From Ochotona princeps (Eukaryota), in the NCBI RefSeq assembly GCF_030435755.1, contig NC_080843.1:68862485-68926484 (forward strand): a DNA stretch of 64,000 bases, written 5' to 3'. Below the pieces are notes generated by a model that did no database searches, was not told the origin of the DNA, and saw only the letters and a list, made by a program, of their open reading frames with translations. This document shows positions 49,905 to 64,000 of the stretch, piece after piece. Position numbers and translations under genes: made by a program. Position 1 is the stretch's first letter. Every line of letters starts with the position of its first letter.

Positions 49905-51182
49905 CTGAAGAAATTATTCAAACCAGAAAACATTTAGGAAGAATTCTCCATTACTTTGCAATAAGAAGTCATTATCAATCTTATTTAAGCACTTTACATC
50001 TTTGCTAATAAGGACTTAAAAACAAGTCACATAGAACTCTCATAGTTTGTTTCAAAACATTACCGACAGCATATATGATAGCGCAAATATCATCAAGAGC
50101 TCTAAATGTACCAGATGGCCTAGTAGGAAATAATTACTAATTTGTAAGTTTGATAACACATCTAAATAAAATAGTATATGCTATATGTTACTTGATGTTA
50201 AGCTACGGTACAATTCTGGGGGTATAAACTGAAATTGCTTTACTGCTAATAAGTCCATTATTTCTACAGTAAGTCGAGTTTTATAACTAGTATCACAAAA
50301 GGCAAGCTCTGTTAACAGTTGTGGGACCCTGAATAGTTCTTTTTCTTCCATAAGCCTCAGTTTATTTTTTCTATAAACAACTTGCAACCCTAGCTCTTAA
50401 TTATCAGCATGGCATTCAGTACAATGCTTCGTTTGGAACAATCCACCAATTTTAGTACTAAGTAAGTATGTGCACGTGTCAAGGCCAGCTTCTGGTTCAA
50501 GTACTATTACTATAGGTTTCAAAACACTGTTTACTAATTCTGTAACAGCCAAATGCACAGGTTTATTCTTTTTTTTTTTTAATTAGAAAGTAGTATTTAG
50601 GAGATAAACAAAAGAGAAGTCTTAGTGAATTTACAGCTACCATCCCCTCCTGGGGGAGATGGACTTAGGGAGTTATTGGCACCTAAGTTCTGTGAGTGCT
50701 GAGTTACAGAATATATCCCACCCAATGGGAGCATTTGCATAAAAGCCAAAGGACATATCAGGATGGGTCTACACGTTTTCAAAGGATTCTGAATCTCCAG
50801 TCACTTGTTAGGTTTTTCTCCTTATTTGTTTTCTAATGTAAACTTAATTTTTGTCTTACAGAGCCCCTGAACCTGTCTGAATGACAGGTCTTGGAGATCT
50901 GGAAGTCCCCCATGTCCCCACCACGCCTGGGCGTCTTAACCCCAACGTGGGCAAGCAAGGAAGACAGAGAAGTGAACTACAGCTTCATGTGTACTAGCAC
51001 CGATTTAAGGATTTACGAGTCGTTTTACCTAATTTGGGAGAGTTATTCAATCTGCCTTAACAGAGGAAATGGGAATTTTCTGAACAGTATTTTCTTCTCC
51101 TACTAAGAACGCCCTCACTATAACATAAACGGCCATGCTAAAACAATAGAACATCCTAATAATAATGTGCAAGGCATTAGCT

Positions 51183-51462
51183 TTTTTTTTTTTAAGATTT
51201 ATTTATTTTTATTGGAAAGGCAGATCAGAGAGAAAGATCTTCCACCTGCTGATTCACATCCCAAGTGGCCACAATGGCCAGAGCTGAATCAATCTGAAGC
51301 CAGGGGCCTCCTCTGGGTCTTCCACATGTGTGCAGGGTCCCAAGGCCCTGGGCCATCCTCCACTGCCTTCCCAGGACAAAAGTAAAGAGCTGAGTTGAAA
51401 GTGGAGCAGCAGGCACACAAACCAAGGTGAGTATCCAGCCACGAGGCCATAGTGCTGAGCCT
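51183..51462 (-). mobile_element. C repeat SINE (minus)
   Basis: It begins (T)n aagatttatttatttttattggaaaggcagatcagagag…gatcttccacctgctgattcacatcccaagtggcc…. Confidence 0.8.
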
Positions 51463-51653
51463 GTGCTAGGCACTGTTAAAAGCACATTGCATGCTTTGCA
51501 GAAAAATCATTTAATCTTCTTAAAAATCCTTTTCAAATGAGGTTCAAAGAAATTCACTGCTTGCCAACATATATCATGCATATCTATCTTACTAGACGCC
51601 TGGAGATGTGTAGTGTGTGTTCACCGACTAACCTTACAGAATAAGACATCTAC

Positions 51654-51952
51654 CTGATAATTTGGGTACTATAAATATAGTTCCATCATCACCAATGCAG
51701 CTGACGACTGCGTCAAATACTTTCATCTTCGGGATAGTTGGTGGTTTGTAGCATCCAGGGGCTCTTGGTTCTGAGATTGTTTCCTTAAAATCATGAACTG
51801 TGTTCACGTTGTGTTCATTGGTTGTGTCAGCAGATGTTTTGTCAGGGTCGATGCTAAGCTCAGTACACTTGGTAGTTACTGAATCTTCCTGTTCCGGGGG
51901 CAATTCTAGAGACTTCTCAGATGCTGAACAGCTGTCAGCTAATTTATTAACT
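51654..51952 (-). CDS. RNF17: RNF17 exon, inter-domain linker plus eTudor N-part
   Basis: Minus-strand donor TCAG|gtagat. The acceptor is most likely ttcttcttggatgttacag|A at 51953; alternatives lie at 51938 and 51923. Translates to (R)[99 protein letters not shown]. Confidence 0.7.
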
Positions 51953-52420
51953 CTGTAACATCCAAGAAGAACTCATTTGAGCATGAATAAATACAAAAAC
52001 ATGCAGAAAACCAAACATTTCTCAAATAAACTTGAAACAAACTGTTTGCTACATACTGTATACGAACGTAAGTTATAAAAAATATTTTAAGTTAGAAATT
52101 GAAGAAAATGACAGTATAACTTCATCTCAATGTTTTAAAATAGTGTTGCCTCTTTTCACACTACTCTCCAACAGTCATGTGAATTACATCCTAAGTATTG
52201 TGCAATTAATTAACTATTGTTGGAAAATATAACACCTGCAAGTTGATTTTAAGAAATTACAATCTGTTCCACACACAGAACATATACATGTGGCAAGTTA
52301 TCAACATTTAAAAAACAATACAAAGAAATTATGATTTCTAATTAAAAGTAAGGTGTTATTATTAAAATACCAGGCTTAATTTTTTTTACTTCATTTTTTT
52401 CTCAGTTTAAAAAAAAAAGG

Positions 52421-54005
<1,585 letters not shown>

Positions 54006-54029
54006 GCTTTGTGTCTGATGTTGTAGCAT

Positions 54030-54560
54030 TTCAGACTAAGCCTCTGCCAATGGTGCTGGCATCCCATATAGACAGCAGTTCAAGTCCCAGCTGCTCCACT
54101 TCTAATCCAACTCTCTCCTTCTGGCTAATGTACCTGAGAAAGCAGTGGGAGACTGCCCAAGTGCCACCCTGTCAGGAATTCTAGGCTCCTGACTTCAATC
54201 TTGCCTAGCCCTGGTCACTGTGGCCATTTGGGGAGTGAACCAGCAGAAGCAAAATTTTGTTCCTCTCTCTGGAACTCTGCCTTTCAAACAAATAAGGAAA
54301 TAAATCATTTAAAAGTGGTATTGTCGGTGAGTTAAGGTGCTGTTCTGCTTCTCATCTAGCTCCCTGCTGAAGTCCATAAGAAAGCAGTAGAAGATGGGCT
54401 AAGTGCTTGGGTCCTCAGCACCTACAGGGGAGACCTGGAAAAGCTTCTGGCTTTTACCTGGTCCAGCCCTGTTGGTTGTAGCCATCTGGTGAGTGAACCA
54501 GCAGCTGAAAAATGCCTCTCTAGCTTTAACTCAGTCTTTCAAGTAAATAAACTGCTTTCT
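54030..54560 (+). mobile_element. Two tandem diverged C-repeat copies (54030-54305 and 54320-54560)
   Basis: The first reads …gcatcccatatagacagcagttcaagtcccagctgctccacttctaatcc…ggggagtgaaccagcagaagc…. The second reads …ctgcttctcatctagctccctgctgaagtcc…ggtgagtgaaccagcagctg…aagtaaataaac. Confidence 0.7.
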
Positions 54561-55713
54561 CTAAGTATGCCTATTGTACAATAAGTAAATAAGTAAAAAC
54601 CTCAGAGCATTACCAATGCTGTTTTAGCAGAATTATAACAGATATTCCTAACTTTTCAAACACCCAGCATAAGTGGCAATCCTCTAAAGTGAACATCACA
54701 CCAAGATCAGTGGTAGGCAACTCTAGCACTGACATGCCTAGCTTTTTTTTTTTTTTTTTTACTTTAACACTACTTTTATCAAGGAATTGCAGTAGTCCAA
54801 AGCCAGAAAAACCCAGAAGAGACATGTATAAGTTAGGATATACTAATTTGATTTAGATTAAATGCATGAGCTTGACCGTCCTGGCCATTCAACCTGCATC
54901 GGACCAGGCCCAAGTAAGCTAGATAACAACTTGGTGTCCCCTAAAGGGCTCGATCCCCAGAATTCTAGTCATGCAGGATAGACCTTAATTCATTTACTAT
55001 ATTTGAAGCTGGGGCTCTGCAGAGTCACTAAGCTGGGTTAGGTGATTAGGGTAGTGGCCCCATTGTGAAATCACAATGGGAACTGTGTTGCTTCTGCCTG
55101 CTGCTTGGCCCTGGGATCCCCTTCTGCCCAGTTAGTGAGGCAGCCGTCCCTTGGACTGGAAGCTCTGAAACTGTGTGCCTATCTCAGGTGCTGCAATCAG
55201 CGTGATGAAAAACTGACTAAATACACACGCACGCTGCAACGCAGCCACTCAGAAATTTTGTTTGTAATCCCAGCACACCCCTACATCCTCTGCACCAATG
55301 GTGCTTAATCCCAAATTTAGTATGCAAAAGAATCTTTAAATACAAATATTGCTCATTCTTTTATTAAACCTATTTAGTATAAATACATTTTGATATATGA
55401 CCACCAGAATTTCAGCACTCAGCCCAAACCTGTCTGCGCACAAGATGCCAGTGGCTCTGATTTGTTACCTGTTTATATAGTTCTCTCTTTGGTTTCAGTG
55501 TAAACACTCAGGGAAAAGTGTAAAAGCTAACATATCAGTAGGGAATTTGGGAATTTGCCTCTGAGTTGACTTCTGAGCAATTAACTGGCAAATGATCTGT
55601 AAGGGCAAGTAAGATGCAATTTCTGTCTGAAAGAACACATGTTTGGAGTTTTCACAGGTAAATGAGAGATGCATCCACCAGGAACTGATGTAAAACAATG
55701 TTAAAGTCTGTAC

Positions 55714-55829
55714 CTCCGTTCTCTCAAAGCCAAACCCTTTTTAATCAAATACTTAGAAACATCCACACGCTCTCCTTTTTCGTCTCTGCAGAAGATTTTC
55801 ACAGGTAAAGGCCATGTCGTACTGTTGTC
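55714..55829 (-). CDS. RNF17: RNF17 exon, terminal strand and helix of an extended Tudor domain (GLA motif)
   Basis: Minus-strand acceptor ttgatttatcactgcag|GAC and donor GGAG|gtacag. Translates to [38 protein letters not shown](ag). This is the typical eTudor ending P.V.....D......V....L...GLA. It is phase-compatible with exon 51952. Confidence 0.55.
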
Positions 55830-56859
55830 CTGCAGTGATAAATCAAAGTATGAATGGAAATGAAATACTCTGTAAGCAAGAAAAAATTTCCCAACAGAGA
55901 AAAGTTACATATTTAAATATTTCAGAAAGACAGCATGGAAGACAGTTAACGGGGATAGACAGCTGTTTTTTGAAATATGCAGGATCTCAGGGTCAAGACG
56001 AAACTTACCATGCCCTGTCCCACCCAATCTCCACCTCAAAAAGCAATCGGAAAATATTCCCCATCAAACTATGGAAGGTAAACAATAATTAACACGGTAT
56101 CTCTACTGCCTTAAACTCTTTGTGAATCATAAAATCAAAATGTATTCTATAAGGTATACCTTATTTCCCCTATAAAAAGTAAAAGAACAACAAAATACAT
56201 AGGGAAAAATGAGGTATCTAAGACTCTTATAATCATTAGGAAAATAAAACATTTAAAAATTAGAAATGTCAAGAAAATAATATTTTTAGGTATCCCTAAA
56301 AGATATGTATCTTTTTCAATCCATGTTCAAACCTCATAATACACTGTCGTAGGACAATTGATTAGATCTGTAGGAAGATAACTGATTAAGAGGACTCTGG
56401 GGAGCCTTGCCAGTGTGGATCCAGGGCTAGCTACAATCCTGAGAAAACATTCTGGAAGCAGTTGATTTGGAAATACAGAGACCAGGAACTCCCTAATCCT
56501 CAGGTTTAGGTAGCAGATCAAAGAGAGATGCTCCCTCGGGTTTGATCAAAGACAGGCAGGGGTGCCTCAAGTCAACTCATCCTTACTGTTGATGTGTAAA
56601 TTCCTCAAGCCCTCCTTCCTTAAGCTGACTTGACCCTCAGTCTTCAGTCTGATGCTGTTAAGAAACATTGGCTATTGACCACCAGCCAGTAGCCCATGTG
56701 TATGATTATTGATCCTTGCACCAAGTCCGTTGCTGCAGGACAGCAAAAACACTATCAATACAAAGATCATTAAAAAAAGTTTATGGCAAATCATATTACA
56801 AAAAAACCAATGCATGGATTGCAAAAAATTTTGCTCCAAGACTTAAAAAATTTTTATTT

Positions 56860-57075
56860 TAGCAGCAGAGAGGATGGCAGGGTTCACATCTGCTGGCTTA
56901 CTCCCCAAAAGGCCACAATGGCCTCTGGGTGTGGTTTGAAGCTGGGAGCTATCAACTTAAGCCATCACCACTACCTCCCAGCAATAGGCTGGAGTTGGAG
57001 CAGGGGGTACTGAACTCAGACATCCCAATATGGGACATGGGTGTTCTTATCAATAGACCAAATGCCTACGCCTAA
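56860..57075 (-). mobile_element. C-repeat-related SINE fragment (minus)
   Basis: It reads …ttcacatctgctggcttactccccaaaaggccacaatggcc…. Confidence 0.5.
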
Positions 57076-57174
57076 ATTTATCATTAAAAATTTTTATTAC
57101 ACAGAGAAAGAGATCAACTGACTGACCCATGGGTGACCCCAATTGAATATCTGGCTTCTTTCTGGCTCAGCTTT

Positions 57175-57489
57175 TTTTCTTTTAATTGAAAAGTCAGATT
57201 TACAGACAGAAGGAAAGACAGAGAGGAAGATCTTTCATCCACTGGTTCACTCCCCAAGTGGCCACAACAGATAAGCTGAGCCAATCTGAAGCCAGCAGTC
57301 AGGAGCTTCTTCTGAGTCTCCCATGTGGGTGCAGGGTACGAGGCTTTGGGCTGTCCTCGACTGCTTTCCCAGGCCACCAGCAGGGAGCTAAAAGGGAAGG
57401 GAGCTGCCAGGACCAGAACCAGCACTCATATGGGATCCTGGTGCATGCAAGGCGAGGACTTTAGCCACCAGGCTACCGCTTGGGCTCCC
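57175..57489 (-). mobile_element. C repeat SINE (minus), nested inside an older plus-strand C repeat
   Basis: It reads …aaaagtcagatttacagacagaagg…gatctttcatccactggttcactccccaagtggcc…ggcgaggactttagccaccaggctaccgcttgggctccc. The flanking ggctcagcttt is duplicated at about 57160 and 57490. The host copy continues 57490-57575 (…ggagagtgaatcagcaatgaaagatctttctctctgc…). Confidence 0.8.
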
Positions 57490-57589
57490 TGGCTCAGCTT
57501 TGGCTGTTGTGGGCATTTGGAGAGTGAATCAGCAATGAAAGATCTTTCTCTCTGCTATTCAAATTAATGTCTTTAAGAAAATAATTTCA

Positions 57590-57885
57590 GGGTCAGCACT
57601 CTGGCATTGTGGGTAAGGCTGCCGCCTGTAGTACCAATCTCACACGGGCATGAGTTCATGTCCTGGCTGCTCCACCTCCCAATCCAGCTGCCTGCTGGTG
57701 TGCCTGGGAAAGCAGTGGAGGGTGATCCATGTCCTTGAGGCCCTGCATCTGCTTGGCAGATCCAGATGAAGCTCCTGGCTTCACACCTGTCCAGCTCCAG
57801 CCGGCAGTCAACTAACGAATCAGAGATCTCTGCCTTTCCCTCCCTCCCTCTGCCTTTCAGGTAAGTAAATGAATCTTACTTTGAA
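57590..57885 (+). mobile_element. C repeat SINE (diverged)
   Basis: It reads gggtcagcactctggcattgtgggtaaggctgccgcctgtagtacc…tcctggctgctccacctcccaatccagctgcc…aagtaaatgaatc. Confidence 0.75.
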
Positions 57886-58039
57886 AAATGTTTTCACTGA
57901 AGGCATTTAAAAGAACTATTTAAAAAATAAAAATAATAATTCCAAAAACCTTCAGAAATACATACTCTCATGTTTCACATATACATATATGGGTGTGTAT
58001 ATTTATGTACATATATGTAAATATAATTTTCTCAATTTA

Positions 58040-58310
58040 TGAGAGGCAGAGACTCTTAAACATACACAGTTCTTATCTGCTGGTTTACTTCCCAAATACC
58101 CAGAAAGGTTAGAGCAAAAGCTAAGTCAACTACATGGAAGGCAGGAGTACCATCACTGGGGTTGTCCTTGCTGCCTCCTAAGGTCTGCACTGACAGGAAG
58201 CTGGGGCCAAGACTGGGGCCAAGAACTGAACCCAAATACTCTGATGTGGGTGTCTTATCAGCTGGGCCAAATGCCTGCTTCTCACACATTTCCCAAATGC
58301 AAATGATCAA
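58040..58310 (-). mobile_element. SINE fragment (C-repeat-related, minus)
   Basis: It reads …ttcttatctgctggtttacttcccaaatacccag…. Confidence 0.45.
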
Positions 58311-58992
58311 CCCAAATATAAACTTCGCAACAAAATCCAAATAGCTGTTTTCTCAACAAGAAGTCAGAACTGATGAGAGTGTCAATGAAAGCATCGGTAC
58401 CTATCTCTTAATACCGACCACCCTTACCCACCTGTAAGATTATAGTTGCTACGGCTCCAGTTAGGTACAAGGAGAGGCAGTCGCAAGCTGTGGCTGTCCA
58501 CTTGTTACTCCCACCAGTTGGTCTACAAAGCAAAATGACAATGTTTTTATACAAAAAACACTATGTAAACATATGCACATATTTTGAATCAACTAAACAG
58601 TGAATAATCAATTAAAACACAGATATATGTTATTTTCACAATATTTTTGTCCATTTTCATAACTTTCTGTTCTTACCTTTACATGGATCTGCTCTGCAGC
58701 TACACTAAAGACCTTTGAAACTATACATGCCAATTAGACTAACTTCTAACAGAAATGATGTGTTTCTCCCTGATGATGGCTGGCACATAGATGTCATACC
58801 AGAAATGTTCAACAGAAAGTCTTCTGAGACAATGAGTCCATTGCGTACTCTCAGAATTTTTCTAGAAGTTAGATTTAAGGCCATCTGTAACAGTTTACAA
58901 AAATTTTACTTGTTTTTAATTCTTGATCTGATTCAACATAATTGAAATCATTTGATAAATATGCAACTTCAAAAGATTAGAAATTACATCAG

Positions 58993-59320
58993 TAGGCCTG
59001 GTGTGATGGCTAGGTCACTAAATCCTTGCCTTGCATGTATCAGGATCCCACATGGGTGCTGGTCCACTTCCTGTTCAGCTCCCTGCCTGTGGGCTGGGAA
59101 AGCAATACAGAATGGCCCAAAATACTTGGAACCCTGCGTCCATGCGGAAGACCTGGAACAAGCTCCTGGCTCCTGGCTCCTGGCTCTGGATCAGCTCATC
59201 TCTGGCCGTTGCAGCCATTTGGGGAGTGAACCGGTGGACGGAAGATCTTTTTCTCTCTGTCTCATCTCTGTAAATCTGTCTTTCCAATAAAGCAAATAAG
59301 TAAATCTTAAAAAATTATGC
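58993..59320 (+). mobile_element. C repeat SINE
   Basis: It reads taggcctggtgtgatggctaggtcactaaatccttgccttgcatgtatcaggatcccacatgggtgc…ggggagtgaaccggtggacggaagatc…aagtaaatctt(A)n. Confidence 0.85.
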
Positions 59321-59477
59321 CAGTATCAAATTTTGACAATGGCAGGCAATAATGAACAGTAAAAAACACTCAATATTTGACAGATCAATGAAAACATATC
59401 TACTTTCACAATCCATTGTTTTAGTTTTCTTAATGGAAATCAACTTTAGGTATTTTATTTTTATTTATTTATTTATT

Positions 59478-59805
59478 TTTAAAGATTTATTTATTTTATT
59501 ACAAAGTCAGATATACAGAGAGGAGAGACAGAGAGGAAGACCTTCCGAACGATGATTCACTCCCCCAAGTGAGCCGCAACGGGCCGGTGGTGTGCCCATC
59601 CGAAGCCGGGAACCAGGAACCTCTTCCGGGTCTCCCACGCGGGTGCAGGGTCCCAAGGCTTTGGGCCGTCCTCAACTGCTTTCCCAGGCCACAAGCAGGG
59701 AGCTGGATGGGAAGTGGAGCTGCCGGGATTAGAACCGGTGCCCACATGGGATCCCAGGGAGCTTAAGGCGAGGACCTCAGCCGCTAGGCCACGCTGCCGG
59801 GCCCA
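59478..59805 (-). mobile_element. C repeat SINE (minus), young CpG-rich copy with TSD
   Basis: It reads …taaagatttatttattttattacaaagtcagatatacagagagg…gaccttccgaacgatgattcactcccccaagtgagccgcaacgggccgg…ggcgaggacctcagccgctaggccacgctgccgggccc. The TSD aactttaggtatttta lies at about 59444-59459 and 59806-59821. Confidence 0.9.
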
Positions 59806-61058
59806 ACTTTAGGTATTTTAAAAAGATTCATCTGAAAGCAGAGTTGGTCAGAAACAGAAATCTCTTGTATGTTTCTGACCATCAAATGGAGCCCCGAGAA
59901 CAGAGGAACACTACTCACCAGGCTGCCTGGCACACAAGCACACCCTGAAGTCTCTAACACGGCTCTCAGATCCAGAATTTCACTGAATTGACTCACTAAG
60001 TAAGTACGTAACATGGTCAATATTTTCATGTTAAATGGCTTGCAGCCATCAACTAACCCAATCAACACAACACGTGGTTTGATGGAACAGGGTTTGGTAC
60101 CTATGTCTTTATTGAACTCAAGTTCACCTTATTTTTTTTTTTTTTCAGTAATATTATTCCAAGTTAGTGTTGTATACCTCTCTGGGAAGGTGTACAATCT
60201 GGCTCTATTTTGAAAGTCTGACAAACAATGCTAGCTGTAAGTTCCTTGTCAACATTTCTTGTAAGTCTTTGATCATCTGTTCTCTGACAGATTTCTCAGC
60301 AGTTTGCTAACCACAACACTGCTTGAGTCCTTCTGTGTTCCTGTAAGTAAGTGGTCTTTATACTGTAGGTTACTTTGGCAACTCGATGCCGGTGCCTGGC
60401 ACAGCAGTGAAGACACCTGCTGGGGTGTCTGCATCCCATATCACAGTGTGTGGGTTCCCACCCTGGCTCTTATGAGTCCTCTCTTGTACAGGATCTTCTC
60501 TATTTCACTCTTTTCCCCTAATGTGCCTGTTTTAGATTTCCAGGAAATGCTAAAGCTATGCTGTTCCTGAAAAGATCTTTTTTACATTCAACAGTTGGAA
60601 TTCTAGACCTTTCCAACTCACTTATTTCCCCGATGTCACCAAATTTATGGGCTCAAAATAGTTACCATCATCTCCTCTTAAAACCTCAAATTAACTAACT
60701 TTATGGAAACTTCAGGACACATTAGTAAATTAAAACTGATAAAAATTCATCTAATATTTAAAATAGCAAAAAATGAGAAAATTTACTCAGCTAAACACTA
60801 CCTTATGTCAACAAGCGAGCATTCCAAAGATAATCTTCCCATTGTCTTTAGGCTTTCTTCAAGTTCTCTTAAACAGTTAATATTCACTACTACTTCAACA
60901 CCCACGTCATACAGCAAGACCTACGGAAACAACAATTTTAAGTCTAGGGAAACACATCATCTCAAAATATTTTTTATTAATTGAAAGGAATAAAAATGGG
61001 GGAAAACATGTTAAAATGCATTCGTTGTCATCTTTATGTATTTTAACTTGGCCTTTAC

Positions 61059-61209
61059 CTCCACCAACGTGTCTGTGACCACGCTGATGATCTGACCTCT
61101 TCGCCACTGATTGTTCTCCGGAACCTTAACAGCACAGTGCATGTCATTTTCCCATTTGACAGGTTCCCATTTGGAGTGTTCGTAAGCAGCTATCATCTTT
61201 TCTTCTAAG
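61059..61209 (-). CDS. RNF17: RNF17 exon, linker plus Tudor core first half
   Basis: Minus-strand acceptor ctctccacatag|C and donor GGAG|gtaaag. Translates to (S)[50 protein letters not shown]. Confidence 0.8.
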
Positions 61210-61754
61210 CTATGTGGAGAGAAAAGAAAAAAGCTTTACTTTCCAAACTTTTTTCTCATGTGATTCTCCCCATTCTCCGACGTCCACCCGGACACCTTGT
61301 CTTCGTCTGAGTGTATCAAACATAGCTGCATCTCAGCTCTCTGAGCTAGTTCCTCTGTCTGCCTATTCCCACCCTCCTCTTTCAGAACACAGGTTCATCT
61401 TGTGAGGTCTTCCTGATACTCTAAAACTACATTCTCCAAATGCTTTATTTTCTGTATCAAATTTGCAGACATCTGCCATGCTAAAAGTTTTATTTCTTCA
61501 TTGCTTCTCCCTCTACCAAGCTCCCTAACAGCAAAGACATGTCTATGTTTTCACTACCTTCTGCTGGCTATCCTACAGCAGGCACTTAATAAGTGCTTGT
61601 GGAATAAACTGTAATGTAGTCAAAAATAACAAAGACAAATATTAGCCTTACATTTTTAAACACAGAATATTTAGTTAACATACTCTTGCTACTTTAAAAT
61701 TCTACACTTATGACTGAAATCAATAAAATCATATGCACTGCTTCTATATTATAC

Positions 61755-61982
61755 CTATTAATTAAGTTTTCGGTTAATAGCCACTGAACATAAATCTTCT
61801 CAGGAGACACTACATTACAGATATGCACGGGGAGTTCCTTATTGTAAAGTGACTGGAGATTCTCGTCTGGCAGAGATCTGGCAGACACAGCACTGAAGTT
61901 CTTCACTTCATTGGAAATAATTTCTTCTGGGGAAGGATCCCACACTTCAGTATGCTTTTCAGAATTATTCTTCAGGGTATAT
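61755..61982 (-). CDS. RNF17: RNF17 exon, eTudor N-part
   Basis: Minus-strand acceptor cgtcatttttcag|A and donor AATAG|gtataa. Translates to [75 protein letters not shown]. The motif V.ICNVVSP..IYVQ is present. Confidence 0.8.
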
Positions 61983-62029
61983 CTGAAAAATGACGAAAAA
62001 TCAGAATAGTTTGTATTTTTAAAAAAGGT

Positions 62030-62348
62030 TAACTTATTTCTATTGGAATGTCAGATATATAGACAGGAGGAGAGACAGAGAGGGAGATCTTTGGTCTGTT
62101 GATTCATCCCCCAAGCGGCCACAATGGTTGGAGCTGCAATGATCAGAAGCCAGGAGCCAGGAGCCTCTTCCGGGTCTCCCACATGGGTGCAGGGTCCCAA
62201 GGCTTTGGGCCGTCCTCGACTGCTTTCCCAGGTCATAGGAGGGAGCTGGATGGGAAGTGGGGCTGCTGGGATTGGAACTGGTGTCCATATGGGATCCCAG
62301 TACCGTGTAAGGCGAGGACTTTACCCACTTGGCTGCCACGCCAGGCCC
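62030..62348 (-). mobile_element. C repeat SINE (minus)
   Basis: It reads …ttattggaatgtcagatatatagacagg…gatctttggtctgttgattcatcccccaagcggcc…ggcgaggactttacccacttggctgccacgccaggccc. Confidence 0.85.
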
Positions 62349-63239
62349 TGCATTACTTTTTGAATGTTTGGATCTGGTTAGATTTATGGACATTTTAGTT
62401 TTTATTTGCTGCTTTGCAGTTTTGACATTAGTAGCAATTGCTAAAGGTACTCCTTTTGCCCCACAAATATAAAAGAAACTCAAAAAACCCTAAAAATCAA
62501 AGCTTGTTTTCAAAACATGATTGAAAATACCAAATTTGCTTATAACTTTCCGTTGATACTTTGTGTCCAGAGAGGAAAAGAATAGTTCAAATTTTCAACT
62601 TGAATATTTGGCCAAAAAGTGTCAATTAGGGCAGGGATTTGGCTTTGCTGTTAAGGTGCCCCTCGGACACCCACATTCCATGCTGGAGCACCAAGGTTTG
62701 GGTCCTGGCCCTTTTCCCTATCACGGCTTCCCACGCGGAGTACTCTGGGAAGCAGTACTGATAGCGCATATTAACCGGGCTCCCGCCACCCACAAGGAAG
62801 ATCTGCATGGAGCTCCTGGCTTCCTCTGTTGCAGACAGTATCACTGTAGATTTCTCTGATGGGAGCTGTTTGCTCTCAATAAGCACTCATCATCAGGGAT
62901 GCCTACAATGCTTTTTTAAAAAAGTTATCAATCTCTTTGCCAGTGAGAATATAGCTGAAAAATAATTACTACTAAAATGTATTAAGCAAAATAATTATTT
63001 TATTTATTTACTTTCTATTTTATTTTTAATTTTATGATACAATTCCACAGGCTCTGGGATTTCCCTTACCCTTCCTCAAAGTTCCTCAACTGATTTCTCC
63101 CATATTATTACAACAGTGTAGTCCAGTTAAGTGTTTTAATACTTAATAAACCCAATTCGTTTAGGTTAATTGTAAATAAATAGGTATTTTTACTTGTATA
63201 AAGGACAAAATTATTTTTTCACAAGATATGAATAGTAGG

Positions 63240-63570
63240 ACCCGGTGGTGTGGCCTAGCGGCTAAAGTCCTCACCTTTGAACACCCCGGGATCCCATATG
63301 GCAGCCGGTTCTAATCCCGGCAGCTCCACTTCCCATCCAGCTCCCTGCTTGTGGCCTGGGAAAGCAGTTGAGGACGGCCCAAAGCCTTGGGACCCTGCAC
63401 CCGTGTGGGAGATCCGGAAGAGGTTCCTGGCTCCTGGCTTCGGATCGGCATAGCACTGGCCATTGTGGTCACTTGGGGAGTGAAACATCGGATGGAAGAT
63501 CTTCCTCTCTGTCTCTCCTCCTCTCTGTCTATCTGACTTTGTAATAAAATAAATAAATCTTTAAAAAAAG
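63240..63570 (+). mobile_element. C repeat SINE, young copy with TSD
   Basis: It reads ggacccggtggtgtggcctagcggctaaagtcctcacctttgaacaccccgggatcccatatgg…ataaaataaataaatcttt(A)n. The TSD agatatgaatag lies at 63226-63237 and 63568-63579. Confidence 0.9.
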
Positions 63571-64000
63571 ATATGAATAGTTAACTATAGCAAATAATAA
63601 TTTTTGCTAAAACCAAGGAATGTGTCCTTAACGCTCGACATTCTCTATTCTTTCCTTCTGGAAACACTCTGGTTCTTGAATCACCCTTTTTTGGACTTTC
63701 CTTTCCTCCCCGTAACTGATAATCCTCAGCATTGCTTTGTCCTCAGAAGAGACTGAAACAAATGATAACACTGACTATTTCATTCATTATCTTCTCACTT
63801 GCCAGTTAATATCCTGCTACATCAATGAGCACTACTAACCGGTCCTCTTCTGAGTTTCAGACCCATGTTTTCATTTTCTCCATTCATACCATTCAGCAAG
63901 CACTCACCGAGTGTGCATTGAGACAGAGCTAGGGACCAGACATGTCAGAGGGACCAAAAAGGTACAATATGTCGTATGCAGACTGCTTTAAATTGGGCAT

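Noticed and set aside
50181-50387. A minus-strand ORF (…KLRLMEEKELFRVPQLLTELAFCDTSYKTR…) between two RNF17 exons
   Set aside because: No acceptor gives a frame compatible with the phase-1 exit of exon 51654. The linker is already supplied by the extended acceptor of exon 49904.
55500-55700. A minus-strand ORF with LPLQIICQLIAQ resembling the eTudor LP.QAI.C.L motif
   Set aside because: It has an in-frame stop before any usable donor. It lies downstream of the GLA terminal exon (55829-55714) and so is in the wrong order for that domain.

Overview
This is mammalian nuclear DNA, not prokaryotic. It carries dozens of lagomorph C-repeat SINEs, so it is almost certainly rabbit (Oryctolagus) or a close relative. 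The window covers the tail-to-tail junction of two convergent genes, matching the human 13q12.12 CENPJ/RNF17 arrangement as I recall it.

- **Plus strand, 1–24665:** the last ten coding exons plus 3'UTR of CENPJ/CPAP, including the conserved C-terminal G-box (TCP) domain.
- **Minus strand, about 26785–62000:** the 3' part of the tudor-domain gene RNF17/TDRD4. I resolved 11 exons (three further candidates are listed separately) covering three extended-Tudor (eTudor) modules and the putative terminal exon. The two polyA signals are about 2.1 kb apart.
- **Introns:** packed with C-repeat SINEs (several young, CpG-rich copies with target-site duplications), L1 fragments, a nested RPS14 processed pseudogene inside an L1 3' end, microsatellites, two minisatellites, and a 3.4-kb composite element built from a degenerate ~65-bp tandem array.

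I found no novel protein-coding system. The most interesting items are the composite tandem-array retroelement, an L1 5' end 23 nt from a CENPJ acceptor, a 65-nt GC-rich intron, a CpG-dense block around an internal CENPJ exon, and an Arg-to-Cys codon at a G-box splice junction. All exon calls come from by-eye splice-site reading, translation and remembered protein homology; no searches were run.
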